A stretch of DNA of 64,000 nt from assembly GCF_009914755.1 (NCBI RefSeq), contig NC_060945.1; one strand, written 5' to 3'. Under the pieces are notes generated by a model. That model did not search any database and was not told the DNA's origin. It saw nothing but the letters and a program-made list of their open reading frames with translations. The DNA is from the human T2T-CHM13v2.0 reference genome, Homo sapiens. This document shows positions 14,051-30,300 of this stretch, in pieces. Positions within the stretch are counted from its first letter, which is position 1. The number at the start of each line of letters is the position of its first letter. Position numbers and translations under genes: made by a program.

Positions 14051-17000
14051 AAGTACATCAAATATAGATTATATACTGTACATAAAATATCAAAGTACTC
14101 CAAATATATATTACATACTCTACATGAAATATCAAAGTTCACAAACTATATATTATATACTGTACATAAAATATCAAAGTACCCAAGGTATATATTCTAT
14201 ACTGTACAAAAAATATCAAAGTACCCAAAGCATGTATTATATACAGTAAATAAAATATGAAAGTACATCAATTATATATTTTATTCTGTACATAATATAT
14301 CAAAGTACACCAGATATATATTCTATAGTGTACATAAAATAAGAAAGTACACAAACTATAAATTATATACTGAACATAAAATATGAAATTACATCAAATA
14401 TATATTAGGTACATAAAATATGAAAGTACATCAAATATAGATTATATACTGTACATAAAATATCAATGTACCCCAAATATATATTTTATACTCTACATGA
14501 AATATCAAAGTTTAGAAACCATATATTGTATACTGTACATAAAATATCAAAATACCCAAGGTATATATTCTATACTGTACAAAAAATATCAAAGTACCCA
14601 AAGCATGTATTATATACTGTACATAAAATATGAAAGTACATCAAATATATATTTTATTCTGTACATAAAATATCAAAGTACACCAGATATATATTCTATA
14701 GTGTACATAAAATATCAAAGTACACAAACTATACACTATATAATATACATAAAATATGAAATTACATCAAATATATATTAGGTACATAAAATATGAAAGT
14801 ACATCAAATATAGATTATATACTGTACATAAAATATCAAAGTACCCAAATATATATCATATACTGTACATGAAATATCAAAGTTCACAAACTATATATTA
14901 TATACTGTACATAAAATATCAAAGTACCCAAGGTATATATTCTATACTGCACAAAAAATATCAAAGTACCCAAAGCATGTATTATATACTGTATATAAAA
15001 TATGAAATTACATCAAATATATATTTTATTCTGTACATAAAATATCAAAGTACACCAGATATATATTCTATACTGTACATAAAATAACAAAGTACACAAA
15101 GTATAAATTATATACTGTACATAAAATATGAAATTACATCAAATATATATTAGGTACATAAAATATGAAAGTACATCAAATATAGATTATATACTGTACA
15201 TATAATATCAAAGTACCCAAAATATATATTTTGTACTCTACATGGAATATCAAAGTTCACAAACCATATATTATATACTGTACATAAAATATCAAGGTAC
15301 ACAAGGTATATATTCTATACTGTACAAAAAATATCAAAGTACCCAAAGCATGTATTATATACTGTACATAAAATATGAAAGTACATCAAATATATATTTT
15401 ATTCTGTACGTAAAATATCAAAGTACACCAGATATATATTCTATAGTGTACATAAAATATCAAAGTACCCAAACTATACATTATATACTGTACATAAAAT
15501 ATGAAATTACATCAAATATATATTATATTAGGTACATAAAATATGAAAGTACATCAAATATAGATTATATACTATATAATAAAAATACCAATGTACCCAA
15601 ATATATATTTTATACTGTACATGAAATATCAAAGTTCACAAACTATATATTATATACTGTACATAAAATATCAAAGTACCCAATGTATATATTCTATACT
15701 GTACAAAAAATATCAAAGTACCCAAAACATGTATTATATACTGTACATAAAATATGAAAGTACAACAAATATATATTTTATTCCGTACATAAAATATCAA
15801 AGTACACCAGATATATATTCTATAGCGTACATAAAATATCAAAGTACACAGACTATACATTATATACTGTACATAAAATATGAAATTACATCAAATATAT
15901 ATTATATTAGGTACATAAAATATGAAAGTACATCAAATATAGATTATATACTCTACATTAAATACGAAAGTACCCAAATATATATTATATACTCTCAATG
16001 AAATATCAAAGTTCACAAACTATATATTATATACTGTACATAAAATATCAAAGTACCCAAGGTGTATATTCTATACTGTACAAAAATATCAATGTACCCA
16101 AAGCGTGTATTATGTACTGTATATAAAATATGAAAGTACATCAAATATATATTTTATTCTGTACATAAAATATCAAAGTACACCAGATATATATTCTATA
16201 GTGTACATAAAATAACAAAGTACACAAACTATACATTATATACTGTACATAAAATATGAAATTACATCAAATATATATTAGGTACATAAAATATGAAAGT
16301 ACATCAAATATAGATTATATACTCTACATAAAATATCAATGTACCCCAAATATATAATTTATACTCTACATGAAATATCAAAGTTCACAAACCATATATT
16401 ATATACTGTCCATAAAATATCAAAGTACCCAAGGTATATATTCTATACTATACAAAAAATATCAACGTACCCAAAGCATGTATTATATACTGTACCTAAA
16501 ATATGAAAGTACATCAAATATATATTTTATTCTGTACATAAAATAACAAAGTACACCAGATATATATTCTATAGTGTACATAAAATAACAAAGTACACAA
16601 ACTATAAATTATATACTGTACATAAAATATGAAATTACATCAAATATATATTAGGTACATAAAATATGAAAGTACATCAAATAAAGATTATATACTGTAC
16701 ATATAATATCAATGTACCCCAAATATATATTTTATTCTCTACATGAAATATCAAAGTTCACAAACCATATATTATATACTGTACATAAAATATCAAAGTA
16801 CCCAAGGTATATATTCTATACTGTACAAAAAATATCAAAATACCCAAAGCATGTATTATATACTGTACATAAAATATGAAAGTACATCAAATATATATTT
16901 TATTCTGTACATAAAATATCAAAGTACACCAGATATATATTCTATAGTGTACATAAAATATCAAAGTACCCAAACTATACATTATATACTGTACATAAAA

Positions 17001-18350
17001 TATGAAATTACATCAAATATATATTAGGTACATAAAATATGAAAGTACGTCAAATATGGATTATATACTGTACATAAAATATCAATGTACCCCAAATATA
17101 TATTATATACTGTTTATGAAATATCAAAGTTCACAAACTATATATTATATACTGTATATAAAATATCAAAGTACCCAAGGTATATATTCTATACTGTACA
17201 AAAAATATCAAAGTACCCAAAGCATGTATTATATACTGTACATAAAATATGAAAGTACATCAAATATATATTTAATTCTGTACATAAAATATCAAAGTAC
17301 ACTAGATATATATTCTATAGTGTACATAAAATATCAAAGTACCCAAACTATACATTATATACTGTACATAAAATATGAAATTACATCAAATATATATTAT
17401 ATTAGGTACATAAAATATGAAAGTACATCAAATATAGATTATATACTGTACATAAAATATCAAAGTACCCCAAATATATATTATATACTGTACATGAAAT
17501 ATCAAAGTTCACAAACTATATATTATATACGGTACATAAAATATCAAAGTACCCAAGGTATATATTCTATACTGTACAAAAAATATCAAAGTACCCAAAG
17601 CATGTATTATATACTGTACATAAAATATGAAAGTACATCAAATATATATTTTATTCTGTACATAAAATATCAAAGTACACCGGATATATATTCTATAGTG
17701 TACATAAAATATCAAAGTACCCAAACTATACATTATATACTGTACATAAAATATGAAATTACATCAAATATATATTAGGTACATAAAATATGAAAGTACA
17801 TCAAATATAGATTATATACTGTACATAAAATATCAAAGTACCCAAATATATATCATATACTGTACATGAAATATCAAAGTTCACAAACTATATATTATAT
17901 ACTGTACATAAAATATCAAAGTACCCAAGGTATATATTCTATACTGCACAAAAAATATCAAAGTACCCAAAGCATGTATTATAGACTGTATATAAAATAT
18001 GAAATTACATCAAATATATATTTTATTCTGTACATAAAATATCAAAGTACACCAGATATATATTCTATAGTGTACATAAAATATCAAAGTACCCAAACTA
18101 TAAACTATATACTGTACATAAAATATGAAATTACATCAAATATATATTAGGTACATAAAATATGAAAGTACATCAAATATAGATTATATACTGTACATAA
18201 AATATCAATGTACCCCAAATATATATTTTATACTCTACATGAAATATCAAAGTTCACAAACCATATATTGTATACTGTACAAAAAATATCAAAGTACCCA
18301 AGGTATATATTCTATACTATACAAAAAATATCAAAGTACTCAAAGCATGT
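14050..18350 (+). repeat. Intermediate, less homogenised HSat1A zone with an internal ~0.35-kb match at 2,997-bp offset
   Basis: Frequent 373-bp units, many private SNPs and 1-bp indels. GTACCCAAATATATATCATA, CTGCACAAAAAATA and ATGAAATTACATCAAATATATATTTT are shared by ~14760-15060 and ~17755-18060 (ORFs 14869 and 17866). Confidence 0.7.
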
Positions 18351-21300
18351 ATTATATACTGTACCTAAAATATGAAAGTACATCAAATATATATTTTATT
18401 CTGTACATAAAATATCAAAGTACACCAGATATATATTCTATAGTGTACACAAAATATCAAAGTACCCAAACTATACATTACATACTGTACATAAAATATG
18501 AAATTACATCAAATATATTTTATATTAGGTACATAAAATATGAAAGTACATCAAATATAGATTATACACTGTACATTAAATACTAAAGTACCCCAAATAT
18601 ATATTTTATACTGTACATGAAATATCAAACTTCACAAATTATATATTATATAGTGTACATATAATATCAAAGTACCCAAGGTATATATTCTATACTGTAC
18701 AAAAAATAACAAAGTACCAAAAGCATGTATAATATACAGTACATAAAATATGAAAGTACATCAAATATATATTTTATTCTGTACATAAAATATCAAAGTA
18801 CACCAGATATATATTCTATAGTGTACATAAAATATAAAAGTACCCAAACTATACATTATATACTGTACATAAAATATGTAATTACATCAAATATATATTA
18901 TATTAGGTACATAAAATATGAAAGTACATCAAATATAGATTATATACTGTACATTAAATACCAAAGTACCCCAAATATATATTTTATACTGTACATGAAA
19001 TATCAAAGTTCACAAACTATATATTATATACTGTACATAAAATATCAAAGTAACCAAGGTATATATTCTATACTGTACAAAAAATATCAAAGTACCCAAA
19101 GCATGTATTATGTACTGTACCTAAAATATGAAAGTACATCAAATATATATTTTATTCTGTACATAAAATATCAAAGTACACCAGATATATATTCTATAGT
19201 GTACATAATATATCAAAGTACCCAAACTATACATTATATACTGTACATAAAATATGAAATTACATCAAATATATATTATATTAGGTACATAAAATATGAA
19301 AGTACATCAAATATAGATTATACACTCTACATAAAATATCAAAGTACCCAAAATATATATTATATACTCTACATGAAATATCAAAGTTCACAAACTATAT
19401 ATTATATACTGTACATAAAATAAAGTCCCCAAGGTATATATTCTATACTGTAGAAAAAATATCAAAGTACCCAAAGCATGTATTATATACTGTATATAAA
19501 ATATGAAAGTACATCAAATATATATTTTATTCTGTACATAATATATCAAAGTACACCAGATATATATTCTATAGTGTACATAAAATAACAAAGTACAAAA
19601 ACTATAAATTATATACTGTACATAAAATATGAAATTACATCAAATATATATTAGGTACATAAAATATGAAAGTACATCAAATATAGATTATATACTGTAC
19701 ATAAAATTTCAATGTACCCCAAATATATATTTTATACTCTACATGAAATATCAAAGTTCACAAACCATATATTATATACTGTACATAAAATATCAAAGTA
19801 CCCAAGGTATATATTCTATACTATACAAAAAATATCAAAGTACCCAAAGCATGTATTATATACTGTACCTAAAATATGAATGTACATCAAATATATATTT
19901 TATTCTGTACATAAAATATCAAAGTACACCAGATATATATTCTATAGTGTACACAAAATATCAAAGTACCCAAACTATACATTATATACTGTACATAAAA
20001 TATGAAATTACATCAAATATATTTTATATTAGGTACATAAAATATGAAAGTACATCAAATATAGATTATATACTGTACATTAAATACCAAAGTACCCCAA
20101 ATATATATTTTATACTGTACATGAAATATCAAAGTTCACAAACTATATATTATATACTGTACATATAATATCAAAGTACCCAAGGTATATATTCTATACT
20201 GTACAAAAAACAACAAAGTACCAAAAGCATGTATAATATACTGTACATAAAATATGAAAGTACATCAAATATATATTTTATTCTGTACATAAAATATCAA
20301 AGTACACCAGATATATATTCTATAGTGTACATAAAATATCAAAGTACCCAAACTATACATTATATACTGTAAATAAAATATGAAATTACATCAAATATAT
20401 TTTATATTAGGTACATAAAATATGAAAGTACATCAAATATAGATTATATACTGTACATAATATATCAAAGTAACCCAAATATATATTATATACTCTACAT
20501 GAAATATCAAAGTTCACAAACAATATATTATATACTGTACATAAAATATCAAAGTACCCAAGGTATATATTCTATACTGCACAAAAAAATCAAAGTACCC
20601 AAAGCATGTATTATATACTGTATATAAAATATGAAAGTACATCAAATATATATTTTATTCTCTACATAATATATCAAAGTACACCAGATATATATTCTAT
20701 AGTGTACATAAAATAACAAAGTACACAAACTATAAATTATATACTGTACATAAAATATGAAATTACATCAAATATATATTAGGTACATAAAATATGAAAG
20801 TACATCAAATATAGATTATATACTGTACATAAAATATCAATGTACCCCAAATATATATTTTATACTCTACATGAAATATCAAAGTTCACAAACCATATAT
20901 TGTATACTGTACATAAAATATCAAAGTACCCAAGGTATGTATTCTATACTGTACAAAAAATATCAAAGTACCCAAAGCATGTATTATATACTGTACATAA
21001 AATATGAAAGTACATCAAATATATATTTTATTCTGTACATATAATATCAAAGTACACCATATATATATTCTATAGTGTACATAAAATATCAAAGTACCCA
21101 AACTATACATTATATACTGTACATAAAATATGAAATTACATCAAATATATATTAGGTACATAAAATATGAAAGTACATCAAATATAGATTATATACTGTA
21201 CATAAAATATCAAAGTACCCCAAATATATATTATATACTCTACAGGAAATATCAAAGTTCACACACTATATATTATATACTGTACATAAAATATCAAAGT

Positions 21301-24300
21301 ACCCAAGGTATATATTCTATACTGTACAAAAAATATCAAAGTACCCAAAGCATGTATTATATACTGTATATAAAATATGAAAGTACATCAAATATATATT
21401 TTATTCTGTACATAATATATCAAAGTACACCAGATATATATTCTATAGTGTACATAAAATAACAAAGTACACAAACTATACATTATATACTGTACATAAA
21501 ATATGAAATTACATCAAATATATATTAGGTTCATAAAATATGAAAGTACATCAAATATAGATTATATACTGTACATAAAATATCAATGTACCCCAAATAT
21601 ATATTTTATACTTTACATGAAATATCAAAGTTCACAAACCATATATTGTATACTGTACATAAAATATCAAAGTACCCAAGGTATATGTTCTATACTGTAC
21701 AAAAAATATCAAAGTACCCAAAGCATGTATTATATACTGTACATAAAATATGAAAGTACATCAAATATATATTTTATTCTGTACATAAAATATCAAAGTA
21801 CACCAGATATATATTCTATAGTGTACATAAAATATCAAAGTACCCAAACTATACATTATATACTGTACATAAAATATGAAATTACATCAAATATATATTA
21901 TATTAGGTACATAAAATATGAAAGTACATCAAATATAGATTATATACTGTACATAAAATATCAAAGTACCCCAAATATATATTATATACTCTACATGAAA
22001 TATCAAAGTTCACAAACTATATATTATATACTGTACATAAAATATCAAAGTACCCAAGGTATATATTCTATACTATACAAAAAATATCAAAGTACCCAAA
22101 GTATGTATTATATACTGTACCTAAAATATGAAAGTACATCAAATATATATTTTATTCTGTACATAAAATATCAAAGTACACCAGATATATATTCTATAGT
22201 GTACATAAAATATCAAAGTACCCAAACTATACATTATATACTGTACATAAAATATGAAATTACATCAAATATATATTATATTAGGTACATAAAATATGAA
22301 AGTACATCAAATATAGATTATATACTGTACATTAAATACCAAAGTACCCCAAATATATATTTTATACTCTACATGAAATATCAAAGTTCACAAACTATAT
22401 ATTATATACTGTACATAAAATATCAAAGTACCCAAGGTATATATTCTATACTGTACAAAAAATATCAAAGTACCCAAAGCATGTATTATATACTGTACAT
22501 AAAATATGAAAGTACATCAAATATATATTTTATTCTGTACATAAAATATCAAAGTACACCAGATATATATTCTATAGTGTACATAAAATATCAAAGTACC
22601 CAAACTATACATTATATACTGTACATAAAATATGAAATTACATCAAATATATATTATATTAGGTACATAAAATATGAAAGTACATCAAATATAGATTATA
22701 CACTGTACATAAAATATCAAAGTACCCCAAATATATATTATATACTCTACATGAAATATCAAAGTTCACAAACTATATATTATATACTGTACATAAAATA
22801 AAGTCCCCAAGGTATATATTCTATACTGTAGAAAAAATATCAAAGTACCCAAAGCATGTATTATATACTGTATATAAAATATGAAAGTACATCAAATATA
22901 TATTTTATTCTGTACATAATATATCAAAGTACACCAGATATATATTCTATAGTGTACATGAAATAACAAAGTACAAAAACTATAAATTATATACTGTACA
23001 TAAAATATGAAATTACATCAAATATATATTAGGTACATAAAATATGAAAGTACATCAAATATAGATTATATACTGTACATAAAATTTCAATGTACCCCAA
23101 ATATATATTTTATACTCTACATGAAATATCAAAGTTCACAAACCATGTATTATATACTGTACATAAAATATCAAAGTACCCAAGGTATATATTCTATACT
23201 ATACAAAAAATATCAAAGTACCCAAAGCATGTATTATATACTGTACCTAAAATATGAAAGTACATCAAATATATATTTTATTCTGTACATAAAATATGAA
23301 AGTACACCAGATATATATTCTATAGTGTACATAAAATATCAAAGTACCCAAACTATACATTATATACTGTACATAAAATATGAAATTACATCAAATATAT
23401 ATTATATTAGGTACATAAAATATGAAAGTACATCAAATATAGATTATACACTGTACATAAAATATCAAAGTACCCAAAATATATATTATATACTCTACAT
23501 GAAATATCAATGTTCACAAACTACATATTATATACTGTACATAAAATAATGTCCCCAAGGTATATATTCTATACTGTAGAAAAAATATCAAAGTACCCAA
23601 ACATGTATTATATACTGTATATAAAATATGAAAGTACATCAAATATATATTTTATTCTGTACATAATATATCAAAGTACACCAGATATATATTCTATAGT
23701 GTACATAAAATAACAAAGTACAAAAACTATAAATTATATACTGTACATAAAATATGAAATTACATCAAATATATATTAGGTACATAAAATATGAAAGTAC
23801 ATCAAATATAGATTATATACTGTACATAAAATTTCAATGTACCCCAAATATATATTTTATACTCTACATGAAATATCAAAGTTCACAAACCATATATTAT
23901 ATACTGTACATAAAATATCAAAGTACCCAAGGTATATATTCTATACTATACAAAAAATATCAAAGTACCCAAAGCATGTATTATATACTGTACCTAAAAT
24001 ATGAATGTACATCAAATATATATTTTATTCTGTACATAAAATATCAAAGTACACCAGATATATATTCTATAGTGTACACAAAATATCAAAGTACCCAAAC
24101 TATGCATTATATACTGTACATAAAATATGAAATTACATCAAATATATTTTATATTAGGTACATAAAATATGAAAGTACATCAAATATAGATTATATACTG
24201 TACATTAAATACCAAAGTACCCCAAATATATATTTTATACTGTACATGAAATATCAAAGTTCACAAACTGTATATTATATACTGTACATATAATATCAAA

Positions 24301-27300
24301 GTACACAAGGTATATATTCTATACTGTACAAAAAATAACAAAGTACCAAAAGCATGTATAATATACTGTACATAAAATATGAAAGTACATCAAATATATA
24401 TTTTATTCTGTACATAAAATATCAAAGTACACCAGATATATATTCTATAGTGTACATAAAATATCAAAGTACCCAAACTATACATTATATACTGTAAATA
24501 AAATATGAAATTACATCAAATATATTTTATATTAGGTACATAAAATATGAAAGTACATCAAATATAGATTATATACTGTACATAATATATCAAAGTAACC
24601 CAAATATATATTATATACTCTACATGAAATATCAAAGTTCACAAACAATATATTATATACTGTACATAAAATATCAAAGTACCCAAGGTATATATTCTAT
24701 ACTGCACAAAAAAATCAAAGTACCCAAAGCATGTAGTATATACTGTATATAAAATATGAAAGTTCATCAAATATATATTTTATTCTCTACGTAATATATC
24801 AAAGTACACCAGATATATATTCTATAGTGTACATAAAATATCAAAGTACCCAAACTATACATTATATACTGTAAATAAAATATGAAATTACATCAAATAT
24901 ATATTAGGTACATAAAATATGAAAGTACATCAAATATAGATTATATACTGTACATAAAATATCAATGTACCCCAAATATATATTTTATACTTTACATGAA
25001 ATATCAAAGTTCACAAACCATATATTGTATACTGTACATAAAATATCAAAGTACCCAAGGTATATGTTCTATACTGTACAAAAAATATCAAAGTACCCAA
25101 AGCATGTATTATATACTGTACATAAAATATGAAAGTACATCAAATATATATTTTATTCTGTACATAAAATATCAAAGTACACCAGATATATATTCTATAG
25201 TGTACATAAAATATCAAAGTACCCAAACTATACATTATATACTGTAAATAAAATATGAGATTACATCAAATATATATTATATTAGGTACATAAAATATGA
25301 AAGTACATCAACTATAGATTATATACTGTACATTAAATACCAAAGTACCCCAAATATATATTTTATACTGTACATGAAATATCAAAGTTCACAAACTATA
25401 TATTATATACTGTACATAAAATATCAAAGTACCCAAGGTATATATTCTATACTGTACAAAAAATATCAAAGTACCCAAAGCATGTATTATATACTGTACC
25501 TAAAATATGAAAGTACATCAAATATATATTTTATTCTGTACATAAAATATCAAAGTACACCAGACATATATTCTATAGTGTACATAAAATATGAAAGTAC
25601 CCAAACTATACATTATATACTGTACATAAAATATGAAATTACATCAAATATATATTATATTAGGTACATAAAATATGAAAGTACATCAAATATAGATTAT
25701 ACACTGTACATAAAATATCAAAGTACCCAAAATATATATTATATACTCTACATGAAATATCAAAGTTCACAAACTATATATTATATACTGTACATAAAAT
25801 AAAGTCCCCAAGATATATATTCTATACTGTAGAAAAAATATCAAAGTACCCAAAGCATGTATTATATACTGTATATAAAATATGAAAGTACATCAAATAT
25901 ATATTTTATTCTGTACATAATATATCAAAGTACACCAGATATATATTCTATAGTGTACATAAAATAAGAAAGTACAAAAACTATAAATTATATACTGTAC
26001 AAAAATATGAAATTACATCAAATATATATTAGGTACATAAAATATGAAAGTACATCAAATATAGATTATATACTGTACATAAAATTTCAATGTACCCCGA
26101 ATATATATTTTATACTCTACATGAAATATCAAAGTTCACAAACCATATATTATATACTGTACATAAAATATCAAAGTACCCAAGGTATATATTCTATACT
26201 ATACAAAAAATACCAAAGTACCCAAAGCATGTATTATATACTGTACCTAAAATATGAATGTACATCAAATATATATTTTATTCTGTACATAAAATATCAA
26301 AGTACACCAGATATATATTCTATAGTGTACACAAAATATCAAAGTACCCAAACTATACATTATATACTGTACATAAAATATGAAATTACATCAAATATAT
26401 TTTATATTAGGTACACAAAATATGAAAGTACATCAAATATAGATTATATACTGTACATTAAATACCAAAGTACCCCAAATATATATTTTATACTGTACAT
26501 GAAATATCAAAGTTCACAAACTATATATTATATACTGTACATATAATATCAAAGTACCCAAGGTATATATTCTATACTGTACAAAAAATAACAAAGTACC
26601 AAAAGCATGTATAATATACTGTACATAAAATATGAAACTATATCAAATATATATTTTATTCTGTACATAAAATATCAAAGTACACCAGATATATATTCTA
26701 TAGTGTACATAAAATATCAAAGTACCCAAACTATACATTATATACTGTAAATAAAATATGAAATTACATCAAATATATTTTATATTAGGTACATAAAATA
26801 TGAAAGTACATCAAATATAGATTATATACTGTACATAATATATCAAAGTAACCCAAATATATATTATATACTCTACATGAAATATCAAAGTTCACAAACA
26901 ATATATTATATACTGTACATAAAATATCAAAGTACCCAAGGTATATATTCTATACTGCACAAAAAAATCAAAGTACCCAAAGCATGTATTATATACTGTA
27001 TATAAAATATGAAAGTACATCAAATATATATTTTATTCTCTACATAATATATCAAAGTACACCAGATATATATTCTATAGTGTACATAAAATAACAAAGT
27101 ACACAAACTATAAATTATATACTGTACATAAAATATGAAATTACATCAAATATATATTAGGTACATAAAATATGAAAGTACATCAAATATAGATTATATA
27201 CTGTACATAAAATATCAATGTACCCCAAATATATATTTTATACTCTACATGAAATACCAAAGTTCAGAAACCATATATTATATACTGTACATAAAATATC

Positions 27301-30300
27301 AAAGTACCCAAGGTATATATTCTATACTGTACAAAAAATATCAAAGTACCCAAAGCATGTATTATATACTGTACATAAAATATGAAAGTACATCAAATAT
27401 GTATTTTATTCTGTACATAAAATATCAAAGTACACCAGATATATATTCTATAGTGTACATAAAATATCAAAGTACCCAAACTATACATTATATACTGTAG
27501 ATAAAATATGAAATTACATCAAATATATATTATATTAGGTACATAAAATATGAAAGTACATCAAATATAGATTATATACTGTACATAAAATATCAAAGTA
27601 CCCCAAATATATATTATATACTCTACATGAAATATCAAAGTTCACAAACTATATATTATATACTGTACATAAAATATCAAAGTACCCAAGGTATATATTC
27701 TATAATGTACAAAAAATATCAAAGTACCCAAAGCGTGTATTATATACTGTATATAAAATATGAAATTACATAAAATATATATTTTATTCTGTACATAAAA
27801 TATCAAAGTACACCAGATATATATTCTATAGTGTACATAAAATATCAAAGTACCCAAACTCTACATTATATACTGTACATAAAATATGAAATTACATCAA
27901 ATATATATTATATTAGGTACATAAAATATGAAAGTACATCAAATATAGATTATATACTGTACATTAAATACCAAAGTACCCCAAATATATATTTTATACT
28001 GTACATGAAATATCAAAGTTCACAAACTATATATTATATACTGTACATAAAATATCAAAGTACCCAAGGTATATATTCTATACTGTACAAAAAATATCAA
28101 AGTACCCAAAGCATGTATTATATACTGTACCTAAAATATGAAAGTACATCAAATATATATTTTATTCTATACATAAAATATCAAAGTACACCAGATATAT
28201 ATTCTATAGTGTACATAAAATATCAAAGTACCCAAACTATACATTATATACTGTACATAAAATATGAAATTACATCAAATATATATTATATTAGGTACAT
28301 AAAATATGAAAGTACATCAAATATAGATTATACACTGTACATAAAATATCAAAGTACCCCAAATATATATTATATACTCTACATGAAATATCAAACTTCA
28401 CAAACAATATATTATATACTGTACATAAAATAAAGTCCCCAAGGTATATATTCTATACTGTAGAAAAAATATCAAAGTACCCAAAGCATGTATTATATAC
28501 TGTATATAAAATATGAAAGTACATCAAATATATATTTTATTCTGTACATAATATATCAAAGTACACCAGATATATATTCTATAGTGTACATAAAATAACA
28601 AAGTACAAAAACTATAAATTATATACTGTACATAAAATATGAAATTACATCAAATATATATTAGGTACATAAAATATGAAAGTACATCAAATATAGATTA
28701 TATACTGTACATAAAATTTCAATGTACCCCAAATATATATTTTATACTCTACATGAAATATCAAAGTTCACAAACCATATATTATATACTGTACATATAA
28801 TATCAAAGTACCCAAGGTATATATTCTATACTATACAAAAAATATCAAAGTACCCAAAGCATGTATTATATACTGTACCTAAAATATGAAAGTACATCAA
28901 ATATATATTTTATTCTGTACATAAAATATCAAAGTACACCAGATATATATTCTATAGTGTACACAAAATATCAAAGTACCCAAACTATACATTATATACA
29001 GTACATAAAATATGAAATTACATCAAATATATTTTATATTAGGTACATAAAATATGAAAGTACATCAAATATAGATTATACACTGTACATTAAATACCAA
29101 AGTACCCCAAATATATATTTTATACTGTACATGAAATATCAAACTTCACAAATTATATATTATATAGTGTACATATAATATCAAAGTACCCAAGGTATAT
29201 ATTCTATACTGTACAAAAAATATCAAATTACCCAAAGCTTGTATTATATACTGTACATAAAATATGAAAGTATATCAAATATATATTTTATTGTGTACAT
29301 AAAATATCAAAGTACACCAGATATATATTCTATAGTGCACATAAAATAACAAAGTACACAAACTATACATTATATACTGTACATAAAATATGAAATTACA
29401 TGAAATATATATTAGGTACATAAAATATGAAAGTACATCAAATATAGATTATATACTGTACATAAAATTTCAATGTACCCCAAATATATATTTTATACTA
29501 CACATGAAATATCAAAGTTCACAAACCATATATTGTATACTGTACATAAAATATCAAAGTACCCAAGGTATATGTTCTATACTGTACAAAAAATATCAAA
29601 GTACCCAAAGCATGTATTATATACTGTACATAAAATATGAAAGTACATCAAATATATATTTTATTCCGTTCATAAAATATCAAAGTACACCAGATATATA
29701 TTCTATAGTGTACATAAAATATCAAAGTACACAAACTATACATTATATACTGTACATAAAATATGAAATTACATCAAATATATATTATATAAGGTACACA
29801 AAATATGAAAGTACATCAAATATAGATTATATACTGTACATTAAATACCAAAGAACCCCAAATATATATTATATACTCTACATGAAATATAAAAGTTCAC
29901 AAACTATATATTATATACTGTACATAAAATATCAAAGTACCCAAGGTATATATTCTATACTGTACAAAAAATATCAAAGTACCCAAAGCATGTATTATAT
30001 ACTGTATATAAAATATGAAAGTACATCAAATATATATTTTATTCTGTACATAAAATATCAAAGTACACCAGATATATATTCTATAGTGTACATAAAATAA
30101 CAAAGTACAAAAACTATAAATTATATACTGTACATAAAATATGAAATTTCATCAAATATATATTAGGTACATAAAATATGAAAGTACATCAAATATAGAT
30201 TATATACTGTACAAAAAATATCAGTGTACCCCAAATATATATTTTATACTCGACATGAAATATCAAAGTTCACAAACCATATAATATATACTGTACATAA

